Notes: generated from the sequence alone by a model not told the origin. 64,000 bases of DNA from Eledone cirrhosa (GCA_964016885.1 OZ024740.1:155992001-156056000), one strand, 5' to 3'; counted from the stretch's first letter, positions 27,590 through 40,928 are shown. Numbers and translations: made by a program.

Positions 27590-27840
27590 CCCTTATGGAT
27601 CTCTCCCAACCTGCTAGAAATAGCAGTCAGCTTGATTATCGTACCCGGGATGTTTTTTTTTTTGATGTTATAAAATTAGTATCAATAAACCTTCCTGGAT
27701 ATATCCTTATTCCATTGCTGTACTTACTTTTCGATTTTCAGTTTTCGATTTTGTGTGGTGCGCGAAGGAACCAAATAACCAACCAAACAACCAGCCAGCC
27801 AACCATCCAAAAAGCATCCCTCTTTTATATTATGTATAGA
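27590..27840 (-). mobile_element. Helitron-like 5' end fragment
   Basis: A|TCTATACATAATATAAAAG followed by TGGT/TGGC repeats on the minus strand. Confidence 0.5.
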
Positions 27841-27990
27841 TGAATTTTAAAAGGATTAAAACTGTTTCATTCGTGTGAAATTATCAGAAATGTATATATA
27901 ATCAGTACATGTCTCCTGTATTAATATGATAACACTAGTACACCTGGAAGATTTAGTATAGTTTACGAAAAAGCTAAAGCGAGATAGATA

Positions 27991-28062
<72 letters not shown>

Positions 28063-28063
28063 A

Positions 28064-28097
<34 letters not shown>

Positions 28098-28399
28098 TGT
28101 ATCTCATTCTGTTATTTTGCCCGAGAAAATATCTATGTGTGTCATCAAACGTTGTACACACACGGATATTTTTTCAAGTTCCAATTGAGTTCTAGCACGT
28201 GGCCTTAATTCCTTTTAGAATTCATTGTCCTGCGCATGTATTGTTATTTTGGCGGTAATATACTTCCTCATTTTTGAATCAGTTTGAGTATTTCTTTAGA
28301 ACTGCTGGAGTAGAAACCTAACAGATACCTCAGACACTGATGGTGATTATCGCTAAATACTGATATTGGTTTGATTATCAATATTAGTATTATTGGGCA

Positions 28400-28519
28400 C
28401 CCACTGATGAGAGCCCACTTGAATATATATCTGTTGATCCTATTCAAGCTCCTACATAAATTGGTATAATTTCACCCAAATTGTAGGAATCTTATAATGA
28501 AACGAGACGTCCGTCTGGG
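28400..28519 (+). ncRNA. Hammerhead-like motif with two hairpins in place of stem II
   Basis: ccca CTGATGA ...88 nt... GAAA cg-agacgtc-cg TC tggg. Confidence 0.45.
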
Positions 28520-28693
28520 AAGAGATATATTCGATATGTCTCATATGAAATAATACAGCCAATTTTCCACACAATACAATTAGTTAGCACCCCGAACGTT
28601 TAATTAGGAATATACTCACTTATTTCCTAATGTTTGTTGAGTGAGTTGAAATTTGGCCGGAGTATCGCTAAAAGCTTTCTCCGATAATGTATT

Positions 28694-28767
<74 letters not shown>

Positions 28768-28837
28768 AGAGAGAGAGCGAGAGAGAATCAATAACAAAAT
28801 AAAAACAAATAAAAACAAGGTAAACAACACCACTTAC

Positions 28838-28952
28838 ATAAATTCTCTTTTGCAATGACAAGACTTTCGTTTATTTTCGCAGAAACGATTGCACCAAATT
28901 TTTCAATGTTTTTCATCATATTCTGTGGTGTATTGACGACTCCCTCGACTTT
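28838..28952 (-). CDS. Adhesion GPCR exon, GAIN (KVEGVVNTPQNMMKNIEKFGAIVSAKINESLVIAKENL)
   Basis: tttttcaacag acceptor, gtaagt donor; phase 0-1 bridges the flanking exons. Confidence 0.85.
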
Positions 28953-29031
28953 CTGTTGAAAAATAAAACAAGAAAATATTTGTATATGCTACCTTTTCTT
29001 GGAAGCTCAAAACTTTTCAGTCGGCCCTCGT

Positions 29032-29106
<75 letters not shown>

Positions 29107-29219
29107 CATACTTACATACATATGGATACAGTAAAATACTGTTTAGACCATTACTAACCAGTGTACTCAATACCGGGTGTAGTAAAGAATGGTTATATGA
29201 AAGAGTTGGGACCTGACTG

Positions 29220-29257
<38 letters not shown>

Positions 29258-29304
29258 GAAGACAAAAAGCAGGCATTGTTTACAAACGGCTAGCGAATTT
29301 GAAA

Positions 29305-29585
29305 ATTAGGAAGTAACATGTGCTTACGCCGTATTTGACTACATAGAATTAGTCGGTTGGGATTAAAAAAACCCCTCTGAATGGAAAAAGGGATGTGTAT
29401 TGACATACATGGGACACGAACCCACATTTTTGGTTTGACGGACCAATGTGTTGCCATTACACCAACACGCCCCTTATGCTTCCTTCTTTAATTAGAAGCT
29501 ATATAACCATTCAGAGGGTATTTTAAAATCCCAACTAACATACTAATTCAATGTAGTCAAATACGGCGTAAGCACATGTTACTAC

Positions 29586-29590
<5 letters not shown>
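29305..29590. mobile_element. MITE-like element with about 80-bp inverted repeats enclosing a tRNA-like Pol III unit
   Basis: 29305-29384 is the reverse complement of 29507-29590. Confidence 0.75.
29401..29472 (-). tRNA. tRNA-like sequence with GTC (Asp) anticodon; probably a pseudogene or SINE head
   Basis: A box TGGTGTAATGG, anticodon arm ttggt-ccGTCaa-accaa, T arm tggg-TTCGTGT-ccca; G.U-rich acceptor stem. Confidence 0.5.
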
Positions 29591-29660
<70 letters not shown>

Positions 29661-29846
29661 GTTAGTTCCACACCATATATATATATATTTATATATATAT
29701 ATATATATATAGGAACAAGTATTACCCCGACGGCAAAGCTCAAGCCGTCGGGGTAATACTTTTTCCTATTACCCACTCTACTACCCTAAGTATTGAGTAC
29801 TCTGGTGCGTTATGGTCCATCTGGTTTCTTACCACAACTCCTTCGC

Positions 29847-29877
<31 letters not shown>

Positions 29878-29891
29878 GGGTTAGTTCCACA

Positions 29892-29975
<84 letters not shown>

Positions 29976-30033
29976 GAGTTAGTTCCACAGCATATATATA
30001 TATATCCATCTAAGGCGGGTAAAATTCCCGAGA

Positions 30034-30576
30034 TTAAAAAAAATCCCTCACCAATAGATTGGTTTTTGCACTGAACACAAAACCCACTCCTCCTACTGCA
30101 GCATTTGTTGTGTTCTTCACTGCCGATGTAGTGATGAGCTGGCTCTTCTTCCCGACCATCACACTCCTCACGGGCTCATCGTGTAGGATCCTGTGTTCTT
30201 GGATCGCAAGTATCTGTATACCACTCTCCTCGAACAGATGTCCCAACTCCTTTCTCTTCTCCAGCGTCCGAATAGTCCTCACATTCAAAGTGCCTATTTT
30301 GATGGCTCTTCTGCAGGACAAAACTGCATTCTTTATATTTGTCTCAGAGACAGCTGATCCATCATCCACTGGCCCTCTCTGTGGCTCTAAGCCAGCAGAG
30401 TCATAACGACCAGACTGCTCCTTGACAGTGTAATTAAGGGCTCTAACCCTAGTGCTGTTAGATCGACTCTCCATATTTCTTTTGAATGGCTGACAATACC
30501 TTACCGGCGCCACTCGAATAAGGTAGTTATTTAACCCATAAATGGAGCCCTAACAGGTACTACTACTCCGGGCCAG

Positions 30577-30580
<4 letters not shown>
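30034..30580 (-). mobile_element. LINE 5' fragment (APE endonuclease N-terminus, RTE-like)
   Basis: IKIGTLNVRT, ILAIQEHR, GGVGF. Confidence 0.8.
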
Positions 30581-30645
<65 letters not shown>

Positions 30646-30650
<5 letters not shown>

Positions 30651-30891
30651 ATATATTAACAAATGTAAACTATATTTATAAAACCATATTTATTTTATTA
30701 TACATATTTCAAGGGCCACCAAGGCAAATTATGGTGCGCTTTTATCAGATAAGATACAATACAGATTTGTTTTATAAATAAATATTGACATACCCGGAAA
30801 AAGACAACCGTTGGAGTTTCCTGGATAGTCATATATATCAGTTATAAAAATGTTTAAGGTTGTTGAATCCCAACAAATTAAATATAACCTC

Positions 30892-30893
<2 letters not shown>
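30646..30893 (-). mobile_element. Mini PLE derivative: Naiad-type 5' cap + HHR end (HHR 30691-30756, G8>A)
   Basis: Both ends homologous to the ends of the Naiad copies; core CTGATAA. Confidence 0.7.
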
Positions 30894-30954
<61 letters not shown>

Positions 30955-30966
30955 GTTAGTTCCACA

Positions 30967-31048
<82 letters not shown>

Positions 31049-31102
31049 TGGTTAGTTCCACAGCAGTTAATTAATACCGTTTTTCGGCCATCAAACATCC
31101 AG

Positions 31103-31142
31103 TCGAGTGTGACGATCTGCAAGGTGAAACAATTGTCCTCGA
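31103..31142 (+). ncRNA. Compact hammerhead with C3>G substitution
   Basis: tcgag t GTGACGA t ct-gcaa-gg t GAAA caattg TC ctcga. Confidence 0.55.
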
Positions 31143-33352
31143 TAATGGCTATTTCGGACGTATGTCTGTGAATAAGTATATTTCTTTACTAATCCTAGTG
31201 ATACTAGATAATATTTACTTGCGGTGTATTTAGATTATCAAATATTCTCTACTTAGATTTCTATTCTTTATTTCAATCAACATTTTAAACGCTAATTGCT
31301 GATGTTCAATTAATGTCCATTGGAAGAGAATAATATCTAAACCGTTCTAATAAATGATTGTTTTGCTGGCGGTTGGCACTCAATTATATTGTCCAAACTG
31401 AACTGTGAGGGTAGTATTAAGTTTGTTGAGTATCATAGCCTACCCAGTATCACACATCCGAAATAGCCTGCCACTCCAATAGAGATGGCTAGCATGAACC
31501 CTATGATCGTTCAAGGAGGGGGAAATAGACGGGATTCGATCCAATAACCTCACTGTTTGTATAAACACTATAACCTCTCAGATTTAGAGCATCTGAAAAC
31601 TTGGCGCCAATAGGCAATTTAAACATCTCTTTTATCACCATAAAAGGACACCACATTACAAATCTATCATACCTTATCTTGCAAACAGCCATTTATCTAT
31701 CACTAACCGCAATAAAATAACCAAACCAAAAATAAGCAAAATACTTAAAAACGTAAATCCACCCTCCAACGAGATACTATTAACCAATCAAATGCAAGAA
31801 ACGAACTTTTTACCAATCAGATGCAAAAGAAGCTGACGTCCTAAGGACACACCTACATTAAATACAAATTCTATTTCAATACACAACCCTCTTCAGTTCT
31901 CGTATCCTCACATATGGTACCAATCATTTATCGTTATTATTGTTATTATTATTATTTTCATTCTTCACTTCTATTATCTTATCCCTTCATCTTTATTACC
32001 CATCGGACATACAAATCCCTAAATGTATATCTTTTATTTTGCTTTATTTCCTTATATTTCATTTTATCTTATTTTTCATCTTAATGTCTGTATACCTGTA
32101 TTTATATTTTTTATTTTATTTTACTTTATTTTATTATATTTTATTTTATCTTATTTTTCATCGTGTTGTTTTTCGTCTGAATGTCTGTATACCTCAGTAT
32201 AAATACGTTATATCGCCGGATCCAAAATCAGTATTTTGATAATTTGACTGGTATAAACAGTATTTAAAATCGAATTTCACAACATCATTTCAGATAGGGA
32301 CTGTAAGACGCATCTAATCACATACTTGGAATAAGCCCTACTGTATAGCTTATCCGTGTTATCCTTCATTCTTTCATTATTAATACTCCAAGAACCGCTT
32401 ACCTAGGAACTGTCCGAAATCGGCCATCCGAGCGCCACAACAAAGTAACCATCTTCTTGAGTCAACCAACGCCACACGTTAAAATCATCCACGGTACAGA
32501 TTACTCGTAACCTCTACTTGGATTACCTTGAACGATATCTCGTTTACTTCAATCTATCTATCTATGTACTACTAAAACTCTGTGATTGCTTGCTTGTTTG
32601 TCTGTAATGTAATACAGCCAAAAGGGCGCATAGTGGGAAAATACTTTGGAAAGAAGTTGTCCCTGAAGTGAGAATACAAATGGAATAAAACAAGTTTCGC
32701 GTAAATCGGAGGACAGGTTCCCGACATACGGGTTTTTTCCGGGTACCTTCATAAGCATAGATAGATAGATAGATAGATAGAGAGAGAGATAGAGAGGGAG
32801 AGAAAGATAGAGAGAAAGAGATAGGGGTTGTGAGAGAGTAGATTGAAAGAGAGACATACAGAGAGGGAGAGGAGACAGAGAAGGAGAATGGAAGGGAGAG
32901 AGAGAAAGAGATAGATAGAGAACTGGTGTTGTTGTGTGTATATATATATATATGAGTGTGTGTGTGTGTGTGTATATATCTGTGTGTCTATGACCAGTGT
33001 ATATAGATTACAGACACCCATTTATATATATATATATATACATACACACATACACATATATATATGTGTATACACACACACACACATGTATATATATTCA
33101 TACACACACGTATATATAAAGGCCTTCCAGTTTCATTTCACATTATATACATGTCTATGTATATTTTAATTATTCAATAATAATTTTTAAGTGAACATGA
33201 TTTAAAAAAAAATATTTTGAAGTGAACGTGACCCAACGAGACATGAGTGGTCTAGTATATATATATATACGTTATTCCGGGTTGAATCGGAGGTAACCAC
33301 AGTAAGTAAGGTACTCAATACAATGCAGAGTATAAAAGTTTTAATATAGATG

Positions 33353-33403
33353 AGATTCTACAGGACTAGAACTGTTTCATTCTTTAGAAATCATCAGGAA
33401 TCT
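33353..33403 (-). ncRNA. Type I hammerhead, canonical core, in a non-coding PLE-type end (about 33270-33880)
   Basis: agattc CTGATGA t ttc-taaa-gaa t GAAA cag-ttctagtc-ctg TA gaatct; relatives at 2518, 27842 and 38902. Confidence 0.82.
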
Positions 33404-33883
33404 GGGTATCAAAAAATAAATATGGTATTTATAGGTCTCTACAAGTGGTAGGAGAGGGTGGGGAGTGGGATGGGTGTAGGTCATTGGTTGATAGAAAAGG
33501 GAATTCATTAAAAGCTAATTCTACAAAGCTATAGTTTAATTTTTATTTTTATTAATTTTATTAATTATTGTTTTTAGAGTAACAAAGCAGACAGAATTCT
33601 ATAAACAGGTTCCGGATGGCATACCATTCCTTGTCATTAAGTTTCTCTTAAACTAACAGATGTCTATAAGATCAGTGGGGGGTCAGTCATGGTAGATAGA
33701 ATTAAAGGAAAGGGAGATTCTTTAAAAGCTAAATTCATTAAGGTTCTACTAAGTGACAAAGGTTTAGAGAATTCTGTAGACAGATTCAAAATACTGAGTG
33801 CATGTCTTACAATTATCTTCGAACTTCTCTCAAACTAATCAACTATATGCCAAAAATCAACAGACACATTCACAAAAAAACAC

Positions 33884-34930
<1,047 letters not shown>

Positions 34931-35169
34931 TAAGAAGTTGACGGGACTGGCATAAGTTTCCATGCTAGTACCGGTTGCATCTCAGCGTACTCAAAAGGAG
35001 AGGTTATGTAAAAATCCCAGACTAGACAGAAAGTTAATTGTTTTAATACAACAGACGTAAATAGATACCATAAATCTATACCCGTACTCGTGTTTCGGCC
35101 ACAGTTAATGCAGCCAACAATACAGACCCATTTAATACAGACATTTGTATTAAAATCAATAATACTTAC

Positions 35170-35241
35170 GTCTTCATTTATGGCAGCCCAAGCAACTTCA
35201 TTCTCTTCTTTAAGAAGGTTACTGCTGATTTCAAAGAAGTT
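35170..35241 (-). CDS. Adhesion GPCR exon, GAIN A ([24 protein letters not shown])
   Basis: ttgcag acceptor, gtaagt donor; SNLL...W motif typical of GAIN. Confidence 0.85.
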
Positions 35242-35507
35242 CTGCAAATAAGAGAGTGCATTTATACTTGTATAGTTCTCGAATCCTTTTAAGGCAAGTA
35301 ATATTGGCATAGTTTATGGGCGTTGGTGTAGCTTATGGATGAAGACATGGCTGTCTGGTGAAGAAGTTTGTTTCGTTACTATATGGTTTCGTGTGGTGCA
35401 AGAAGTGTCTTATGTTGTAGTCTTGTGTCAGAAAAGCAGAGTCAGTTAAACTTGACTCTTGATTTTGAATGGTATACTTGGTATACTTAATCCGCCATCA
35501 GATTTAA

Positions 35508-35586
<79 letters not shown>

Positions 35587-35943
35587 TTACTACTACTACC
35601 GATCACCACGGATTATCTTCGTGATGATACAACGTAACATCACAGATAAACACCCTTATTATCAATAATATATTTTGGACCTCCGAGTGTTTTAGTGGTT
35701 CGAACAATAGAACAGCCTACTCGGAAAATTAACGTACTGAGCATTCCCAACACACGTGAACTCAGCATGACAAAGAGCGTGTAAAGGATAGTCCTTTGGC
35801 TTACCATTTCGCTGAGAGGAGTGTGCCTTACTCAAGGACTCAACGCGTCTGGTAATCGAACTGACGATATTACGATCGTGAGTGGAAAAGCAAAATCATA
35901 AAAAAAAAAAATTATTATTTCTAATTCGATTATATCGACCCAA

Positions 35944-36046
<103 letters not shown>

Positions 36047-36059
36047 AACACACACACAT

Positions 36060-36095
<36 letters not shown>

Positions 36096-36269
36096 GAATA
36101 AATTTAGTCATTCATCAGTGATCTACCAACCTTCATTGGTATTTCATCGCTTTAAAGACTATATACCTCCGGTTGGTGCGAGCAACGGCTAAAGAAAGTC
36201 GTTGGGACACGTAAATAAGGGGAACGAGCGAGAGTGTAAACAATCAAGGATGGTAATGCAACGAAAAGT

Positions 36270-36520
36270 GAGGAAGAAGGAGTCAAGTCCCTGAAATCGA
36301 TGAACATAAGTTCTGTGAAAACGTGGACGAGAGAGAATAAAGACTATCAAACCTGGTCGAAATGTGAGCAAGGAAAGAATTTCGCACAGGTCAAACGGGA
36401 GGAAGAAGGAGTCAAGTCCCTGAAATCGGTGAACATAAGTTCTGTGAAATCGTAGACAAGAGAGAATAAAAAACAACCGACCTGGTCAAAGTGTGCGTGA
36501 GGAAAGAATTTCACACAGGT

Positions 36521-36523
<3 letters not shown>
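36270..36523. repeat. Two-copy tandem repeat, unit about 130 bp
   Basis: aggaagaaggagtcaagtccctgaaatc...cacaggtcaaa repeated. Confidence 0.85.
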
Positions 36524-36580
<57 letters not shown>

Positions 36581-36685
36581 CATATGTATATATATATATA
36601 TGTATATATATATGTATATATATATATATATATGTGTGTGTATATATATATATATGTCTATATCTATCTATCTATCTATCTATAT

Positions 36686-37929
36686 TTGTCCAGCCAAAAC
36701 GCTCGCCAAAATGGAGCGCGCCCTCTTCCGATTCCTTTGGAAGAGGCGGGCTCCTTTGGTAAGAAGATCCATCTGCTGCCAACACCCTTCTAACGGAGGG
36801 CTGGGGATGCCGTGGTTGACGATGCGCAAACACGCGCTCAGGCTGCGGCATCTCTACGTATTCCTCACCGGACAACCGGTGTGGGCCCCGTTCGTGAGGC
36901 GAGCCTTCCCACGACTCGTCTCGCTGACCGAGCTGCAGTCCTGGGTCAAGCAGAGACCGAGGAAAATGGGCGACTGGCACATCGAATGTGCTCAGGCCAT
37001 CACAGCCCTCTGGCAGGCGGACCCGGCGATCAGTGGAGACTCCACTTCGTCATTCTATAGAGGGTTGGTCCGCAGCAAGTGCGACGACGCGCTCGGTGAA
37101 ACTCTAGGCGTGGAGGAAGATGAACTGGCCAGTCTGTTCGGTAGGACCTTCCGCCCGGGACCGATGGACAACTTCCAAAAGTCCCTGGCCTGGCAGTGCT
37201 ACCGAGGAGCTCTACCAGTTCGAGACAAGCTCTACAGACATGGGCGCCCGGGCAGGGACCCTGCAAAAAAGATCTGTCCGAGGTGCGTGCGAGACGAGGA
37301 AACCGTCGCGCACGCATTCATACACTGCCCGGGCGTCACTGACCTGTGGGGCTATGTAGAACGACTATTGTCGCGGGTGGGACCAATCCAGTTGACCACC
37401 GAGTCCATTGTCATGATCAAACCGCCACCCTCCTTCAAAAACGAAGGAGAGGCGGTTTTCCTTTGTGTGATAGCTATAGCGAAAGAGGTTGTATGGTGGA
37501 CAAGGTTGAAAGGGCTGAGGTCAGACACCATTCTCTCCGGCCAACAACTGATTCTTTTTTTCAAATACCACTTTGGAAGAAGAATCAGGATGGAGAGAGA
37601 GGTGCTGTACCCCAGCAAGTTTTATGAAAGGTGGGTGAAAGTGGCGAGAATGGCCCGAGTGAATGGGCCTTCTCTCTATATCAGCCTGTAGGTTGAGGAA
37701 AAGGAGGAGGAGAGGAAAGGAGTACAAGCTCTTCGTACTCCTGGGGATGAGGGTTGCACATTTTTTTTCGGGGGTATGTGTTACCCATATAAACTGTCTC
37801 CCTCTATTGGGGAAAATCGACTAACTTTTAAATTCCATCTGTGATAACATTTTACACGTTTTTATTGTATGTAAACTTCCCCCTTTGTATTTGTCCCCTT
37901 CTTTTGTGCCCCTGTGGCTAATAAAGAAA

Positions 37930-37930
<1 letters not shown>
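36686..37930 (+). mobile_element. Tx1/L1-clade LINE 3' part (RT C-terminus + zf-RVT)
   Basis: FLW, GGLGMP, CPRC...[11 protein letters not shown]...W; AATAAA end followed by (TC)n. Confidence 0.88.
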
Positions 37931-38008
<78 letters not shown>

Positions 38009-38036
38009 GTATATATATACATATATATATATACAT

Positions 38037-38071
<35 letters not shown>

Positions 38072-38446
38072 CGAGGGAAAAGTGGTAAGGAACCAGGTGG
38101 ACCATAACGCACCAAAGTACTCAATACTTAGGGTAGTAGAGTGGGAAATAGGAGTAAGTAAGACCCCGACGGCTGAGCTCATCATCACTGTACAGAATTA
38201 GCCGTCGAAACGGCTTGAGCTCAGCCGTCGGGGTCTTACTTACTCCTATATATATATATATGTATATTAGTGGCGAAGGGTAACCTGGAAAACAGGGCAT
38301 GAAGTCCAATCGCCATGGCGGAAAGTGGGGCTGTGCAGCCTTAGCCCCCACCAATTCCCTCTAAATGACCCTCCCGGTCAAAGCCGCATGTAGTGTTATC
38401 TAGTGTGTGTGTATGTGTCCGTGTTATCTTTTTATGTGTGTGTGTG

Positions 38447-38508
<62 letters not shown>

Positions 38509-38672
38509 CGTGTGTGTGTGTGTGTGTGTGCGTGTGTGTGTGTGAGTGAGTGTGTGTTATCTTTTTATGTGTCTATACGTTTTAGTAAGCAGCCAAAATT
38601 CTGCTTGCTTCAACCGACGCAATTGATCAACTCAAGATTCTATAACGCATGCACGGACCCTTCGCCCCTGAT

Positions 38673-38727
<55 letters not shown>

Positions 38728-38785
38728 GGAACGAGTGGGACCCCGACGGCTGAGCTCAAGCCGTTTCGACGGTTAATTCTAGACT

Positions 38786-38816
<31 letters not shown>

Positions 38817-38991
38817 CATATATATATATATGTTTATCCTGGGTTCAATCGGGGGTAACCACATTAGGTAAGTACTCAATACATATCAGAGTATAAGTAT
38901 TTAATATAGAAATGGCTTCTACAGGACTAGAACTGTTTCATTCCTGATGAGATCTCCCGAATGAAATAGTTCTAGTCCTGTAGAAGCAATT

Positions 38992-39050
<59 letters not shown>

Positions 39051-39051
<1 letters not shown>

Positions 39052-39690
39052 CAAATAGTCTATCGCTCATCAATGCAGTATACTGCTTACCTGCCAGCAC
39101 TGTCAGAGCTAGTGAAAAAATATATATTTCTAAAATATACTGTGATTGATTTGCATATTAGCAGACTGCCTGATCAATCAGATCTGCATATTAGCAGACA
39201 CACTGATCAGCCAGATTTGCATATCTTCAGACTGGCCAGTCATTTTCCTGTATACGAGCGATAAATGGCTGGCGTTCTCATGTTCAAATAACTAACAAAT
39301 AGTCTATCGCTCTACATGGCTGAACACGATAAATGTAATCTGAGTTTTTCGAATATTAATAATAATATTCGATTCGTTTGCAATTATGCAAACAGCTTCT
39401 TTTATAAGCCATGTCAGTAGAATGACTCCATCATTATTGCTCTTGTATTGGCATGTAAACAGAACTGCAGACACTAATGTTTCTGGACCCTTCATCAGTG
39501 CAGTATACTGCCTATCTGTCAACTGTCAGAGCTAGTGAAAATATATGATATTTTCTAAAATATACAGTGATTGATCGTCCTGATTTGCATATTAGCAGAC
39601 TGGCTGATCAGTCAGATCTGTGTATTAGCAGACTGGCTGATCAGTCAGATCTGTGTATTAGCAGACACACTGATCAGCCAGATTTGCCAG
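39051..39690 (-). mobile_element. Non-coding partial-tandem retrozyme-like element (period about 426 nt) with internal 33-bp repeats
   Basis: 39068-39240 duplicated at 39494-39690; HHR inside; microsatellite flanks. Confidence 0.6.
39464..39504 (-). ncRNA. Type I hammerhead, canonical core, very short stem II
   Basis: actgca CTGATGA agggtcca GAAA ca-ttag-tg TC tgcagt. Confidence 0.75.
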
Positions 39691-39881
39691 TGTGTGTGTG
39701 CGCGCGCACGTGTGTGTTATGTATTTCCGTAGAAAGGTAAGAAGAGTGCTCTATGCCTATCAGTAGATAGGCATAGATCACTCTTCTTTCCTTTACCTTT
39801 TCTACGGAAATACATAACACACACGCGTGCGCGCACACACACACAAACACACACACACACACACAAACAGACACACAAACA

Positions 39882-39971
<90 letters not shown>

Positions 39972-39994
39972 ACATAAAAACATCAAAATCTTAC

Positions 39995-40168
39995 ATTAAT
40001 ATATCCGTCATTGATTTCAGTCATATCTTCAGTAATCTCTACAATTTCATCAATAGCTTCTATAGATATAGTTAGTTCTTTTTTCTTCAAAGTCGTATTT
40101 GTTGCAGCGGCAAGATCTTTTACAGGAATAAAAGGATCTTTGGTTAAACCAGCGGTGACTTTGTTCAA
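39995..40168 (-). CDS. Adhesion GPCR exon, GAIN subdomain A (LNKVTAG...INDGYIN)
   Basis: tttcag acceptor, gtaaga donor, 58 open codons, phase 0-0. Confidence 0.8.
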
Positions 40169-40224
40169 CTGAAATAAAGAATACAGGAAAAAATACATTA
40201 GCTACCTTTAAATCTAAATAATGA

Positions 40225-40410
40225 TTTCTACTATAAGCACAAGGCCAGCAAATGAGGAAGAGGGGAAAGTCGATTAAATCGACCCCAGTGCATTACTGGT
40301 GCTTTATTTTATCGACCCCGTAAGGATGAAAGGCAAAGCTAACCTCAGCGGGATTTGAACTCAGAACATAAAGGGCCATAACTTTATGCTGCAAAGCATG
40401 GTATCTGACC
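40225..40410 (-). mobile_element. Nin-like SINE
   Basis: Family motifs. Confidence 0.8.
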
Positions 40411-40547
40411 GTTTAAATCTAAGTAATAATTCATCATTCGGTTAAAAGTGAAAAATGTTAATTTCCGCTCGCCAAAAAAAAAAAAAGAAAAAGAAAGAAA
40501 AGAAACATCATTATTCTTTTCCTTCGCCCCCGATCACAAAAAATCTC

Positions 40548-40850
40548 TTCGCTGAATCACCAGGCACCTTATTCTCCAGACATGGTTCCTTCTAACTTAT
40601 GGATGTTCTCTAAAGTGAAAATGCAATTGAAAGGATCTCTCTTTGAGAGGACATTCTGCGGATTGAGACAGTGGAGCTGAGAGCCATTCCGGAAGAAGCA
40701 TTCCAGAAGTGCTTCGATAAGTGAAGGGATCACTGGGATAAGTGTGTGGAGACAGAAGGGGCCTAATTCGAAAGGGGTTAGCAATTGAACTTCACCATGT
40801 ATGTAATTTTTCCATAGTCGAGTATCGGATACTATTTAGAAAGACCTCGT
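40548..40850 (+). mobile_element. Mariner transposase C-terminal relic with right TIR
   Basis: HQAPYSPDMVPSNLWMFSKVK..LKG (YSPDLAP motif); ends in ...AGACCTCGT. Confidence 0.75.
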
Positions 40851-40864
40851 GCACTCATATATAT

Positions 40865-40928
<64 letters not shown>

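Noticed and set aside
32685-32760. HHR-like remnants (also 57588-57625 and 63020-63052)
   Set aside because: Multiple core substitutions and no convincing stem I
39570-39690. Regularly spaced palindromic 33-bp repeats resembling CRISPR
   Set aside because: Contiguous tandem repeats without unique spacers; eukaryotic context; no cas genes
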